From NCBI GenBank assembly GCA_951406725.2, contig OX597828.1:39184001-39248000 (forward strand): a stretch of 64,000 bases of DNA, written 5' to 3'. This DNA is from Octopus vulgaris. Lineage: Eukaryota. The position numbers and the translations under genes are program-made. Below the pieces are notes generated by a model. The model had not been told where the DNA came from, did no database searches, and worked only from the letters and a program-made list of their open reading frames with translations. Below, piece after piece: positions 1 to 12,101 of the stretch. Numbering within the stretch: the first letter of the stretch is position 1; every line of letters begins with the position of its first letter.

Positions 1-58
1 GTATTGAACCAGTATTTCCTTGGATGAAACCATCCCTTCATGAGGTTAACATATCCTC

Positions 59-153
<95 letters not shown>

Positions 154-445
154 GTGCATGGCTTAGTGGTTAAGGTGTTGCACTCTCAATTGCAAGATTG
201 TGGGTTCGATTCTCAGACATTGCATTGTATTCTTGAGCAGAGCACTTCATTTCATGTTGCTCTGCAATCATTTCATTATCTGACATGTAGCACATGGTGC
301 ACCTGTACAGGTAATGTCAATTTGATGGTAGGAGTGAGCTTATGTGCAACACCAGCACTTGATCACTTTAAACAAATCCTCTGTGTGGCTGTTTGGCAAG
401 CAATTGCCAAACCTTCATACATCATCTAACAGCAGGAGTCCATTG
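154..445 (+). mobile_element. Old tRNA-derived SINE
   Basis: TGGCTTAGTGG A box, GGTTCGATTCT B box, CORE-like TTCTTGAGCAGAGCACTT; related to 48350-48665. Confidence 0.65.
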
Positions 446-615
446 TATATATGCATTCAGTTTCCATCTATGAGATCCATTCACAAGGTGCTGGTTGGCC
501 CAAGGCTATTGTAGAAGATGCTTGCCCATGGTGCCACACAATGGGACTGAATCTAGAAGCATGTGGCTGGGAAGCAAGCTTCTTACCATACAGCCATCCT
601 GTTCTTAGCTCACCT

Positions 616-864
616 GTGAAAGGTAGGAGAGTCCAGTTTGCTGGACATTATTGTAGAGCTGTAAAAGAGGTAATTTCTACTCTTCTCCTCTGGAAGCCAT
701 CTACTCGCAATACCAGAGGGCGCACACTCTCCTACCCTGATGTAATCTCCAGGGATACAGGCATCCAGCAACAGGACCTCCGTAATGCCATGATGGACCG
801 TGAAGTCTGGTGTAGCATGGTAAATTCCATTGTCTCGACCACGGTCAAACAATGATGATGATGA
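616..864 (+). mobile_element. 5'-truncated RTE-group LINE end with 10-bp target-site duplication
   Basis: Encodes RRVQFAGHYCR...LLLW...DREVW (RTE-type ORF C-terminus), followed by a (TGA)n tail; TAGCTCACCT at 606-615 and 865-874. Confidence 0.85.
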
Positions 865-964
865 TAGCTCACCTACCTTCATCTCCTAAGGCTCAGATTA
901 ACCACTGAATACAATCATCCTCCTTATTCAGAGCATGTTCTACCTGCATGTGTTTTTTTTTTCC

Positions 965-1335
965 TGCAGGTATGGCTATGTGATTAAGAAGCTGGCTTTG
1001 GCAACTACATGGCCTCAGGTTCACTTCCACAGCATGGCACCCCTTGAGTGAGTATCTTCTACTATAGCCCTGGGCAAACCAATGCTTTGTGAGTTAATCA
1101 GGCAGACAGGAAGCCTATCATGTGTGTGTGTGTGTGAATGTCCCACCCCACCCATGTTTGACAGCCTCTGTTGGTTTCTTTATGCCCTCATAACTTAGCA
1201 GTTTGGCAACAAGAAGCAACTGAATAAACTCCAGACTTAAGGAGTGGGGTCAATTTATTCAACTAAACCCTTTAAGATAAAGCTCCAACATGGCCACTGT
1301 CCAATGGCTGAAACAAGTAAATGATAAAAGATAAA
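965..1335 (+). mobile_element. Diverged CORE-type tRNA SINE
   Basis: Colinear with the 2598-2980 family, including the CATGGCCAC..GAAACAAGTAAA tail. Confidence 0.75.
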
Positions 1336-1479
1336 CAGCTACTGACATAAAACTGTTCAAGCAGAAAATTAATTGTTGTTCATTTTGCCAATCTTAGAAA
1401 CCCTGCAAGAACCATGGCTGCAGAGCCATTAGAAAAGAAAATACTTATGAAGTGTCCTGGTTCACAAATTTGTTTGGTT

Positions 1480-1885
1480 TCATCATCATCATCATCATTT
1501 AACGTCCGTTTTCCATGCTAGCATGGGTTGGACGATTTTGACTGAGGGCTGGCAACCAGATGGCTGCACCAGGCTCCAGTCTTGATCTGGCAGAATTTCT
1601 ACAGCTGGGTGCCTTTCCTAATGCCAACCACCCCGAGAGTGTAGTGGGTGCTTTTTATGTGCCACCGGCTCAGGGGCCAGTCAGGCGGTACTGGCAATGA
1701 CCTCACTCGAATCTTTTTACACGTGCCAGTGAAGTGACGTTGGTAACGATCACGCTCGAATGGTGCCACGGGTACGGAAGCCAGTTGGCTGCTCTGGCAA
1801 CGATCACGCTCAGATGTGTTCTTGGCACCCTATTAGCACAGGCATAAGTGCCAGTAAGGCGACGCTGGTAACGATCATACTCATA
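1480..1885 (-). mobile_element. RTE LINE 3' UTR fragment with internal tandem repeats and (ATG)n tail
   Basis: Same sequence as the 3' UTR attached to RTE coding sequence at 40683-41668. Confidence 0.8.
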
Positions 1886-1914
1886 ATCTAATTAATAACT
1901 TTCAGGAATTTATC

Positions 1915-1986
1915 ACTGTGGTAGTATAGTGGTAAGTGTCCCTGTCTTTCATGCAGGAGACCAGGGTTTGATTCCCCGCTGGGGTG
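1915..1986 (+). pseudogene. tRNA-Asp-like pseudogene / SINE head with TTC anticodon
   Basis: TAGTATAGTGGTAAGT (A box), anticodon arm CCTGT-CTTTCAT-GCAGG, AGACCAGGGTTTGATTCCCCG (B box). The body matches metazoan tRNA-Asp; the acceptor stem is degraded. Confidence 0.8.
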
Positions 1987-2218
1987 GCTTACATTTTCAA
2001 AGGTGGTGCTCTAGCATGGCCACATTTAAAATGACTGAAACAAGTAAAAGAATACAAGAATAAACTCCTGGAAACTCTTTAACATGGTATCAGACTGTGT
2101 TGAAAGCCATCACATCATTTCAGTCACACCATTAATGCCACTGGGAAGAATATTGACATTTTTTTTCTTTTCTGTAGTTTCAGCTCAGAGCTGCAGCCAT
2201 GCTAATGCATTGCTGTTG

Positions 2219-2266
2219 AAATATGGAACGCTTCACGAATTTGCGTGTCATCTTTGCGCAGAGGCC

Positions 2267-2303
<37 letters not shown>

Positions 2304-2322
2304 AGTATTGCCGAAGCAATAC
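2219..2322 (-). ncRNA. U6: Full-length U6 snRNA copy, probably a pseudogene
   Basis: Minus strand reads GTATTGCTTCGGCAATAC (perfect 5' hairpin) ...GGAACGATACAGAGAAGATTAGCATGGCC...GATGACACGCAAATTCGTGAAGCGTTCCATATTT. ACAGAGA box and AGC triad are intact. There are two non-compensated changes in the internal stem-loop and only 3 terminal T. Confidence 0.95.
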
Positions 2323-2597
2323 TTTTTTAGCATCATATTTTTTTTATTTACTCAAAATAAAATACGTAGGAAGTGTACCGACTTAGTCTGTCATTCAGTT
2401 AAATGGTGCTGCCTGACCCTTAGATACCTTTATTACAGACTAAACTCTGTTGCAAGCTATCAGGCCAGGTCTTTGGTCTGAGGATAATATTACTCCTTCC
2501 TGCTACCATTAATAAACACCCCATAAAAAAGTCATAAACACTGCCATTCTTCTGCAGAATAAATGAAGAAAATAAAAATACACCCCACTACAACAGT

Positions 2598-2980
2598 CAT
2601 AGGAGTGGCTGTGTGGTAAGTAACTTGCTTACCAACCACATGGTTCTGGGTTCAGTCCCACTGCGTGGCATCTTGGGCAAGTGTCTTCTACTATAGCCTC
2701 GGGCCAACCAAAGCCTTGTGAATGGATTTGGTAGACGGAAACTGAAAGAAGCCCGTCGTATATATGTATATATATATATATATATGTGTGTGTGTATGTT
2801 TGTGTGTGTGTTTGTCCCCCTAGCATTGCTTGACAACCGATGCTGGTGTGTTTATGTCTCCGTCAGTGGTTCAGCAAAAGAGACCAATAGAATAAGTCCT
2901 GGGGTCGATTTGCTCGACTAAAGGCGGTGCTCCAGCATGGCCACAGTCAAATGACTGAAACAAGTAAAAGAGTAAAGAGT
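2598..2980 (+). mobile_element. CORE-type tRNA SINE (dominant family: internal (TA)/(TG) microsatellite, two-hairpin tail)
   Basis: TGGCTGTGTGG A box, GGTTCAGTCCC B box, CORE-like CTTGGGCAAGTGTCTT, tail GGCGGTGCTCCAGCATGGCCACAGTCAAATGACTGAAACAAGTAAAAGAG; many copies in the window. Confidence 0.9.
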
Positions 2981-3908
2981 CAATATTAGTAAATTGCAGT
3001 TGTGGTTGGTATGGGGTCTCTCAGTCAGCTGAAAATATAATTCAGTTTTAATTCCTAAATGAAAATTTTCCGCCTCAGTATACATTGCTACTATCACTGG
3101 CAAAGACATGAATATCCCAATGTGCTGTTCTTCCTTTAACTAGTTTAACATATGGAGCTGTTTTTTTCTTGTCCTTTCTAGTGAAACTAAAGTGAATATT
3201 TGGTAGCTTTGGTACAATATATTATCAGCTCTTGTTCTAGAAATCCTTACAAGATTAAGGGGTTGAGTTTACTTCATAGAGTTTTGAACTGGAAACATAG
3301 AGACATGAAACTGAAACACCATAAGGCATTTAATCCAAATTTCTTCCAATATTTTGTGCACTGTGTTTGCTGTGTGATTCTGTGGTGTTCATGCTTTCTC
3401 CAAAAGAATTAGTAATGTTGAATAAATGAAAGTAGTCCAGCCTAGCAGTAAAATATTTAAATATGAAAAAAAAAAAAAGATCAGCTTTATTGAAAGAGCC
3501 TTAAGTGAAGAGGGTGTCTTGGAGAAAGTTAGCTACAGATTTGGCACATAGACAAGCGTCGAAGAACAGCATGCATTAAAAGTTGGCTTTTGTTCAAGTA
3601 GAGGTATGCAAGATTGACTTTCCCAATCTCTATGTATATATATATATATATATAAAAGTTGTTTTTTTTTATTAAGTTCAATGAGACATTTTCTTGAGAA
3701 AACTTGAAAACACAACTGCTTCATAAACCAATTTATAGATTGAAACTAGAAGTGCACCTGAGCACTGTATACAATAAGTTCATTATTAACAACATTAGCC
3801 TGGTGGAGTTTTTAAAACATGCAGAAAAGCAACTCCTGGAGTGGCCGGGTTAGTTAGACTGAATGGCTTTCTCACTCAGACTGGCTGAGCCAGTCTGGGC
3901 TAGAAAGG

Positions 3909-3939
<31 letters not shown>

Positions 3940-4567
3940 GCAGAAATACCATCCCCATGATAGTTTTATGCTGGTCATAATAATAATAATAATCCTCTCT
4001 GTTATAGGAATAAGACCTGATATTTGTAGGGAGGGGGTCTAATCGATTTTATTTTCTTTCACTCTCTCTTCCTTTCTACCTGTCAGTACATCTCTCTTTC
4101 TAAAAGAAATCAACTGTAGTCAGACCTGGAGAGGTATGGGCTGTCAGTTCTTAAAATATCACAACAGAATCCCCGCAATTTGATCAGGAGGGCCTAAAGT
4201 AAGACAAGGCAAGTACAATGTTGTAGCTAATTGTCATCGTCAGCTGTGGTATTTATATTAGCAACAGTAATGATAATAGCAATAATTATCTTTTAAATTT
4301 AATTTCAAATTTTTCTATAGGGAAAATTAAATAAGATAATTGTAAATCTATATTTTTTCTTAGTTATTAATTATCTTAATTAAATGAAATGATCTTAGAC
4401 TCAGATAAGATTAATTTATTTCATGAAGAGAACTGGATGTTTGTGATGGAAGAGATTATGCTAATTAAAGAATAACAGTAATTATTAATTTTGATTTGTT
4501 TGTGGGGTTTTTTTTGTTACTTTTCAATGTTTAATTTCAGTCTATTCTGGTTTAAAAATTTATCTGC

Positions 4568-4790
4568 TCATCATCATCATCGTTTAACGTCCGCTTTCCA
4601 TGCTAGCATGGGTTGGACGATTTGGCTGAGGACTGGCAAACCAGATGGCAGCACCAGGCTCCAATCTTGATTTGGCAGAGTTTTAGCAGCTGGATGCCCT
4701 TCCTAACGCCAACCACTCCGAGAGTGTAGTGGGTGCTTTTACGTGCCACCGGCATGAGAGCCAGTCAGGTGGTACTGGCAATGGTCACAG
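4568..4790 (-). mobile_element. RTE LINE 3' end
   Basis: CATCATCATCGTTTAACGTCCGCTTTCCATGCTAGCATGGG... family. Confidence 0.8.
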
Positions 4791-5785
4791 GAAATTGGGT
4801 TTTTATGTTAGAAAATTTGCATTTACAGAGGAATAAATTGGAGGAAATTTTTCAAAGAAACAAAGAATTCTTTTTTAAAGGAATGTTTTTGAGGTAACAT
4901 AAATTTTCAAAATTGAAACGAAAAACTTTTGAAAACAAATTAAGAATTCTGGAAAAAAAAAAAAGAAAATTTGAAGAAATGAGAAATTTTTCAAAGAAAT
5001 TAAGTAACTCATTTCTTGAAAAATTTTAAATTCATGAATTTTTTTAAAAGAATTTTTCAAGAAATGAGTTTGTTAAAGAATTCTTTATTTCTTTTTAAAT
5101 TTCTTTGATGAAAAAAGGAAGAAAAGAAATGGATAAAGATGCCTTTGAGACTGAAAATAGCTATAGTGAAAGACATTGGTTGATATTTCTGGTGACCAAA
5201 ATTTCTTGAATGAAAACGGAGACAGAAGGTAAGTTATTGAGTGAGATTCACAAACAAACTAAATTTTATATAAAAAAATTTATTTCATCAAAAAGTGAGA
5301 CTTACTTTCAGCTGCATACAGAATATGTGTATCTGTGTGTGTGTGTGTATAAATATATATTTTATATATATATATGGGTGTGTGGGTGTTTGTGTGTATT
5401 ATTGAGATTCATTTTTCTTGATGTTTTAATTTTTAAAATATCAAAATTTTGAAAAATGCTTGTTTGTGTTTAAGATGTGTTATTATTTAAAGCAAAATGA
5501 GCCAACATTCTTTAATTTTGGTATATCTGGGTGATGGTGGGAAGGGAGGGGAGGAGTTATACGAAAGAATAAAATAGGGGTGGGTGGGTGGAGAGAAAAA
5601 ACAAAATGTAAACTTGATTAATGACAAAAGAAAAACAACAAAAAAAAACAGCAAAATAAAGTGCTTAGCTGACATTTGTATTTATAAACCTCTACTACAC
5701 AGCAGTGAGGGAGAGAGTGAGACAGAAGGATTTAGTGAGAGGTAGGAAGGGAGAGGGATAGAGTGTGTGTGTGTATATATATATA

Positions 5786-5827
<42 letters not shown>

Positions 5828-6109
5828 TGTGTGTTATGCAGGCACCAAGGTATCTATGGTACTATTTGACTCAAAAAGGGGGCTAGTTATATGTCTTTTT
5901 TTTTTTCTTTAATTCCATTCTATACAGTACTGCACAGCAGTCCATACTTTGACAGTTCTGGTTGCAGGTCAATTCTTTAACGAGAGAAAGCTACTGGCTC
6001 CTTTGCTCAATACTTCCCTCTGTCTGAAGAATAGAATAGGACATCGGTGGGATTCTGTCTGACTCTCAAACAACTCTACCACTTCCCCCCTTCCTGGTTC
6101 CAGTTCCCG

Positions 6110-6350
6110 CCCAAGTCGTATAGATCCATGGGGACCACTTTCTCAGGTTCTCTAGCGTATATATTCCCCCATCTTCCAACGAAAGGGATGCTGGTTCATC
6201 ACAGAATTACTCATCTTTGCCAGTTGGGTGGACAGGAGTAACTTGCAATGAAGTGTTTTGCTCAAGAACACAATGTGTTGTCTGGTCCAGGAATTGAAAC
6301 CATAATCTTACGGTCATGAATCCAACACCCTAACCACTAAACTATGTCCC
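6110..6350 (-). mobile_element. Old tRNA-derived SINE
   Basis: Minus strand TAGTTTAGTGGTTAGGGTG..GGTTTCAATTCC head, then GTGTTCTTGAGCAAAACACTT. Confidence 0.6.
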
Positions 6351-6838
6351 TCCCCACTTCCTGGCTGTTGATGAAATAAAATTTGAAAGTCATTCAAATA
6401 CAAATAGTTTTTAGAATTGGTGATACGGCTGAAGTGGAATAGGTATGACTATTGGTGGTAGTGGTGGTGGAGAGGGAGGGAGGGAGGAAGCAGGACAGGG
6501 CAACAAACTCAATAAATAAATAAAAATTCACACAGTTTCAAAAAAGAAGTTACTGAATGTTGCTTTATATCAAAGCTGACCAATTTTAAGCCCCCCAAAA
6601 AATAAAAACCAAAAATCAAGGCATACGTTCTGGGAGGGGAAGAAAAATAAATTGTTGGAAATCACTGAAACAAGAATTCATGCCACAAGAGTGGGTGGAG
6701 AATGAGGTGTTTGTGAGTGGAAAGTGGCAAGTTGAGGGTTTGTAGGTTGTACCCTGAGTAAGGCCTATGGTACCCTGAGCATGACAAGAATGAGCAGAAA
6801 AAGAGACATGAAAAACAACAAAGACTGCTGAGAAAGCA

Positions 6839-7181
6839 TAGTGGTTCCCAACCAAATTCCATATGGCACTTGGGGGTGGAGGTCCATATAAACTTTGGGG
6901 TGGGGGTGGGGGGTCCACACTAGCAAAATAGTAAATTGGGGATCCACAATAGTATTTTAAGGGTCTATGAAAAAAAATCTTGCTTTACATGGATTTATTA
7001 CAAGGAACAGCTGGGTTTCTTTAATGTTTTACAGAGTTCAACCTACAAAAATTAATGTGAAAAACAAAATAAGAAGAGTCTACAAAACTGGTTTTTAAAC
7101 ATCAAATGGCTTTGGGGCTCCACCAGGCTAAAGTAGTAATGAAAGGGCTCCATAGGTAAAATAAATGGTTGAGAATCACTC
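6839..7181. mobile_element. hAT-like MITE
   Basis: Terminal inverted repeats AGTGGTTCCCAACC / GGTTGAGAATCACT; no clear TSD. Confidence 0.55.
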
Positions 7182-7359
7182 ATTGATCTAGATGGCTCTG
7201 TAATCATTTGGGTCAGTACAATACTGTTTGGATGCAGGTCAGGTTGCCTGGATGAAGGTGTTTGTTGTAAGACCAGAAACAGCCAGTGACTCCAGGATAC
7301 AACATTGATGATGTGTCCACATATTACATGTGTAGATGTGGATACAATCTTAATGAAAA

Positions 7360-7523
7360 AAAAGCACACTTTGGGTGAAAATATTGTTGATTAAACTGAT
7401 CCCAGTATTTGACTAGCAAAGTTGATCTTAGTAGCATTTGAGCCCAGAATTTAAAGAGCTGTGACAAGGTATTGCATGGTGTTTTGTTTGAAGTTTTTAT
7501 GCTTCTTCTAACCCATTACTCTT

Positions 7524-7555
<32 letters not shown>

Positions 7556-8835
7556 CCTACTAAAGGCATAAGGCCTGAAATTTTATGGGAGGAAACTAGT
7601 CAATTATATCACCCCAGGGTTCAACTGGTACTTAATTTATTGATCCCGAAAGGATGAAAGGCTAAGTTGACCGTAGCGGAATAATAATAATTATAATAAT
7701 TCTTTGTAATTTTGTCACAAGGCCAGCAACTTCAAGAGTAGGGGGAAGACAATTACATCAACTCCAGTGCTAAACTGGTACTTTGTTGACCCCACAGAAA
7801 TGACAGGCAAAGTTGGCTCCATGGGATTTGAACTCAGAATATAAAAAGATGGAATGTATACCACAAAGCATTTTCTCTGATGCTCCAATAATTCTACCAT
7901 GCTTGTCACCTTAATACTACTACTACATAATAATAATAATCCTTTTTACTAGAGGCACAAGGCCAGAAATTTGGGGAAGGGATCAGTTGACCCTATGACT
8001 CAGCTGCTACTTTGCTCTTCATCCATTTGGGATTGAAAAAATAAGTCAACCTTGGTGATACTTGAACTCCAAACATAAAACTGGGAGAAACACCACTATG
8101 TATTCCGTCCTGTGCCATAATGGTTCTACCAACTTGCTGACCTAATAATAATAATAGTAATAATAATACTTTCTTTAAAGCTGGTGAGCTGGCAGAAACG
8201 TTAGCAAGCTGGGTGAAATGCTTAGCGGTATTTCATCTGTCTTTATGTTCTGAGTTCAAATTCTGCCTAAGTCAACTTTGACTTTCATCCTTTCAGGGTC
8301 TATAAATTAAGTTCCAATTGCGTATTGGGGTTGATCTAATCGACTGGCCCGCCTCCTCCAAAATTTCAGGCCTTGTGCCTAGAATAGAAAAGAATTCTGT
8401 CTACTATAGGCACAAGGCCTGAAATTTAGTGGGATTGGACTAGTCAATTACATCGACCCCAGTGTTCCATTGGTACTTAATTTATCGACCCTTAAATAAC
8501 AAAAGGCAATGATGACCTCAGTGGCATTTGAACTCAGAATGTGAAGACAGATAAAATGCTGCTAAGCACTTGTCCGGTATGTTAATGATTCTGCCAGCTT
8601 GCTACTATAATAATAATCCTTTCTATTATAGGCACAAGGCCTGAAATTTGTGGTGAGGGGACTAGTTGATTACATTGACCCCCAGTGTTCCACTGGTACT
8701 TAATTTATTTACCCTGAAAGGAGGAAAGGCAAAGTCAACCTCAGTGGAATTTGAATTCAGAACATAAAGAGGGATGGAATGCCACAAAGCATTTTGTCTG
8801 GCGTGCTAATGATTCTGCCAGCTCAACACCTTAGA
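7360..8835. mobile_element. Tandem cluster of a second SINE family (Meta-domain-like) separated by (AAT)n
   Basis: About 7 copies of the GAGTTCAAATTC..GACTTTGCCTTTCATCCTTTCGGGGTCGATAAA..AAGTACCAG family, mostly minus, one plus (about 8178-8395). Confidence 0.8.
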
Positions 8836-9424
8836 ATTTTGATGATAATAATAATGTAAGAAGAGTGGAAACTGGTAAAGAAAATCTAACATTTTCTGCT
8901 ACTGTAGAGACAGTGGTCAAGGAACAAAAAGGTGGGGGCAATAGAAACATGGAAAGCAAACAACACTGGTGTTATTTCACCACATGCAATGATTAGACAC
9001 AAACTGAAATATTTTATACTAGCACAGACAGACACACACACACACAATGTTACAGTGAAGCTCTCACAACTTCACACATGAAACAAGCTCTTAACTCATT
9101 CAACTTCAGATAAAGCAATCATAGTTGTTTGTATTTCGTATATAAATGGTATAATTTGAATTTTTATACCTCTTCCTTTCATAATAATTTCACAAGCAAA
9201 CATCACCCAACTGATCAACATATCTATCTATGTACCTATCTATACACACACAGATAGAGAGATAAACACTTATATGTATGCGTGTGCATGTGTGTAATTA
9301 AAGCATTTCGTCCAGCATGCTAACGACTCTGCCAGCTTGCCACCACTCTCTATGTATGTATATATATATATACATATATATATATATAGTAGAATAATAA
9401 AAAGAAAGTTCTTGGTATATTATA

Positions 9425-9552
9425 TATATATTTTAAAAAGTGAGTAGAGATCACTTTTTGGGGGGATAATTTTTATTTTAATAATAATGTTTACATCATT
9501 AAGATTAAAATCATAATTATCTCCACCAAAAAGCCATCCCTACTCATTTTTA

Positions 9553-9560
<8 letters not shown>
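9425..9560. repeat. Small fold-back/MITE in (TA)n
   Basis: TTTTAAAAAGTGAGTAGAGAT..CTTTTTGG..GATAATT mirrored by AATTATC..CCAAAAAG..ATCCCTACTCATTTTTAAAA. Confidence 0.65.
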
Positions 9561-9614
<54 letters not shown>

Positions 9615-10359
9615 CACACATACATACATACACACAAATCTGGATACATAGATAAATAGAAAGATCACACATGCACGCACACACACATATCATTGATTAA
9701 TGCTCATCAACTTTTTTATGCTTGCATGGATCAGACAGAATTTGTTGAGGGAGATTTTCTACAACTGGATGTTCTTCCTGTTGCCAACCCTCACCCATTT
9801 CCAAGCAAGGTTAAATATGTTTAGCAGCCTTCTAAAATGCTCCATATAAACTTATCAATTACAAATTAATCACTGGCCCAACAATTTAGGTATACTGATA
9901 AAGAGAGAGGGAGGTGGTAAAAAAAAAAAAGTGGGGTACAAATTGTTGGCATCACAACCAAATCTGAGAAGGAGAGAGAGAGACAAGGAGGAAGAGAGAC
10001 AGATAAGAAAGAGGAAGAAGAGAGAAACATACTGTTCTTAACATAATGTGTTGGTGTGAGAGAGGAGAGCTATACCCTAGAGACATTTATAAGAAAGACA
10101 TGGAGCGAGAAATTTTCGTAACAGACATCATGTATAGATATGTCATTTGCCTTGGGAAGAATTTCTGAATGAAAGCTTGTTTGAACATTTTTATGTCCTG
10201 AAAGCCTACGGAGAAGGAAGATACATGGCTAGACAGTGGAATTACATCAAATGTCTTGTTATACTGATTTGTCCGTTATTTTTTTGTATTTGTCTTACGA
10301 GCTATGAATATGGCATTTGTGATGTCAAAATATCAATTGTTAACAATATCTATGTAAAA

Positions 10360-12101
10360 TGGAATTGAAAATTGTATCGTAGTGGCCCTTATTTCTATTC
10401 TTTTAACTGTACCTATAATTGCCCTATGTGTGTGTGTGTGTACATATTGATATATGTGAGAGTGTGTGTATTTGTATAACTTTACCACAGCAAATTTGAT
10501 CCATCTATCAATCTGTCTATACACACACAAACAACGTTTGTATATGCACACACATACACACAGATACAGAAAGGAAATACACAATGATATAAACAATCCA
10601 GCAAAAAAAACAAAAACAAAGAAGAATTCAATACAATGAAATAGAGTAATATAAAATTCTGGAAGTTTCAGCTTAAATGAGTAATATTTCACACAAATCA
10701 CATGTGTAATCAATTGTTGTCAAATAGTTTTATGAGCCAAATATATTAAACTTCAAAACCAATGTTCAATTTTGGATTGAAAACCCCTATGCTATAGCTA
10801 AAGTCTACTTAAAGTCTAATCATCATAGTCATCATTTTATGCCTGCTTTCCATGCTGGCATGGGTTGGACGGGTTGTCACATTCTGAGTCAGTTCTTATT
10901 CAGAGTTACTGCCTTCCGAGATGGTGTGGAGGACCATGACTTGCTATTATGTTTCATGTGTGGTGTGACTTCTATGGCTGAATGTCCCTTTTGTCACCAA
11001 CCACTTTACTGAGTGTACTGGATATATATTTTATCATGGCGCCAACACTGTGTGTGAATGTGTGTGTATGTGTTGCTATTATCATTATTATTATTATCAT
11101 TATTATTTGAAGCTGAAGCTTCTTGAATCGTTGCAGGCATTGTAAATGTAAGAAGTAATAAAATATACAGTCTATTTTATATGTATTGAGTACTTTTACA
11201 TTTGCTGGTAAATACAAGCATCCATCAAGCTACACACACACCCACACTTCTATATTCATTTCTTCTTTCTCTGAAAGAAGAATTTGTTTTGGTACAAAGG
11301 AAAGCAAAAATAAAACCAAAACGTGAAAAAAGGAGAGAAGGCAGATCAAACAGTTTTTTTCTTCTTCTTCAGTTGTTCTAGTTCTTAGTTACAACATACG
11401 CAACATGTAAATTCACTTTTTTCTTTCCCTTTCTCTTACACAAACACACACACACGGACAGTACCGCTGTCCATTCTTTGAGTGCACACACCCTCCTGTC
11501 TCTAGTAACACATGTCCTTCATATGATTACATGCAACATATTCACAGCATTGAAACACACACAATCAATCACTTTTCTATCGCCATGTTTTTGTTAGTTT
11601 TTCCTGTGTAGCATTAAACACACAACCAGTCATACACATTCACACACATATTTAAAAAAGAAAAATTAATTTTGAGCACTCTTTTGACCCACAGTTAAGT
11701 ATAAAAAATGTAGAAATGTTTTATCTCTCTTCAAAAATCATACATTCTTCTAATTGTCGAAAATTCCTTTTCTTTTAAAGCAATGTTATTTTTTGATTTT
11801 TTTTTTTACAATTTATGCTATACTCATATTAAAAAATAATTTTGTTGTTGTTGTTGCTGTTATTGTTGTCTGAGTCAACTTTGACTCAGATCAACACCTT
11901 TAATTACACCATCAGGTAAACACCTGCTTTATATTGTTCACTATAGTTTAGCCAACACTTATCCTGTGAACATAGCGGTTATTGATAGCTGATATCAATG
12001 TGTCATTCACAGCCAACAAAACACACAGCTATTGCACAGATATTCAAAGCAGTGTCAAAACAAACAATCTCGGCCACAATCCTTTCGGAGATAGTTTGTT
12101 G
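10360..12101 (-). other. Probable Homer 3' UTR (end not defined)
   Basis: AU/GU-rich, comparatively repeat-poor sequence right after the stop codon; no unambiguous poly(A) site assigned. Confidence 0.45.

Noticed and set aside
1915-1986. Functional mischarging tRNA (Asp body, Glu anticodon)
   Set aside because: The acceptor stem has a G-G mismatch and several wobbles, and the T-loop is mutated (TTTGA); treated as a pseudogene.
2196-2275. 11-nt identity (ATTAGCATGGC) between the U6 catalytic region and the adjacent tail, suggesting the tail derives from U6
   Set aside because: Other tail copies share only AGCATGGCC; too short to infer ancestry.
2597-2921. Recurrent ORFs such as '[40 protein letters not shown]'
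   Set aside because: Antisense translation of the SINE consensus; recurs wherever the SINE does.
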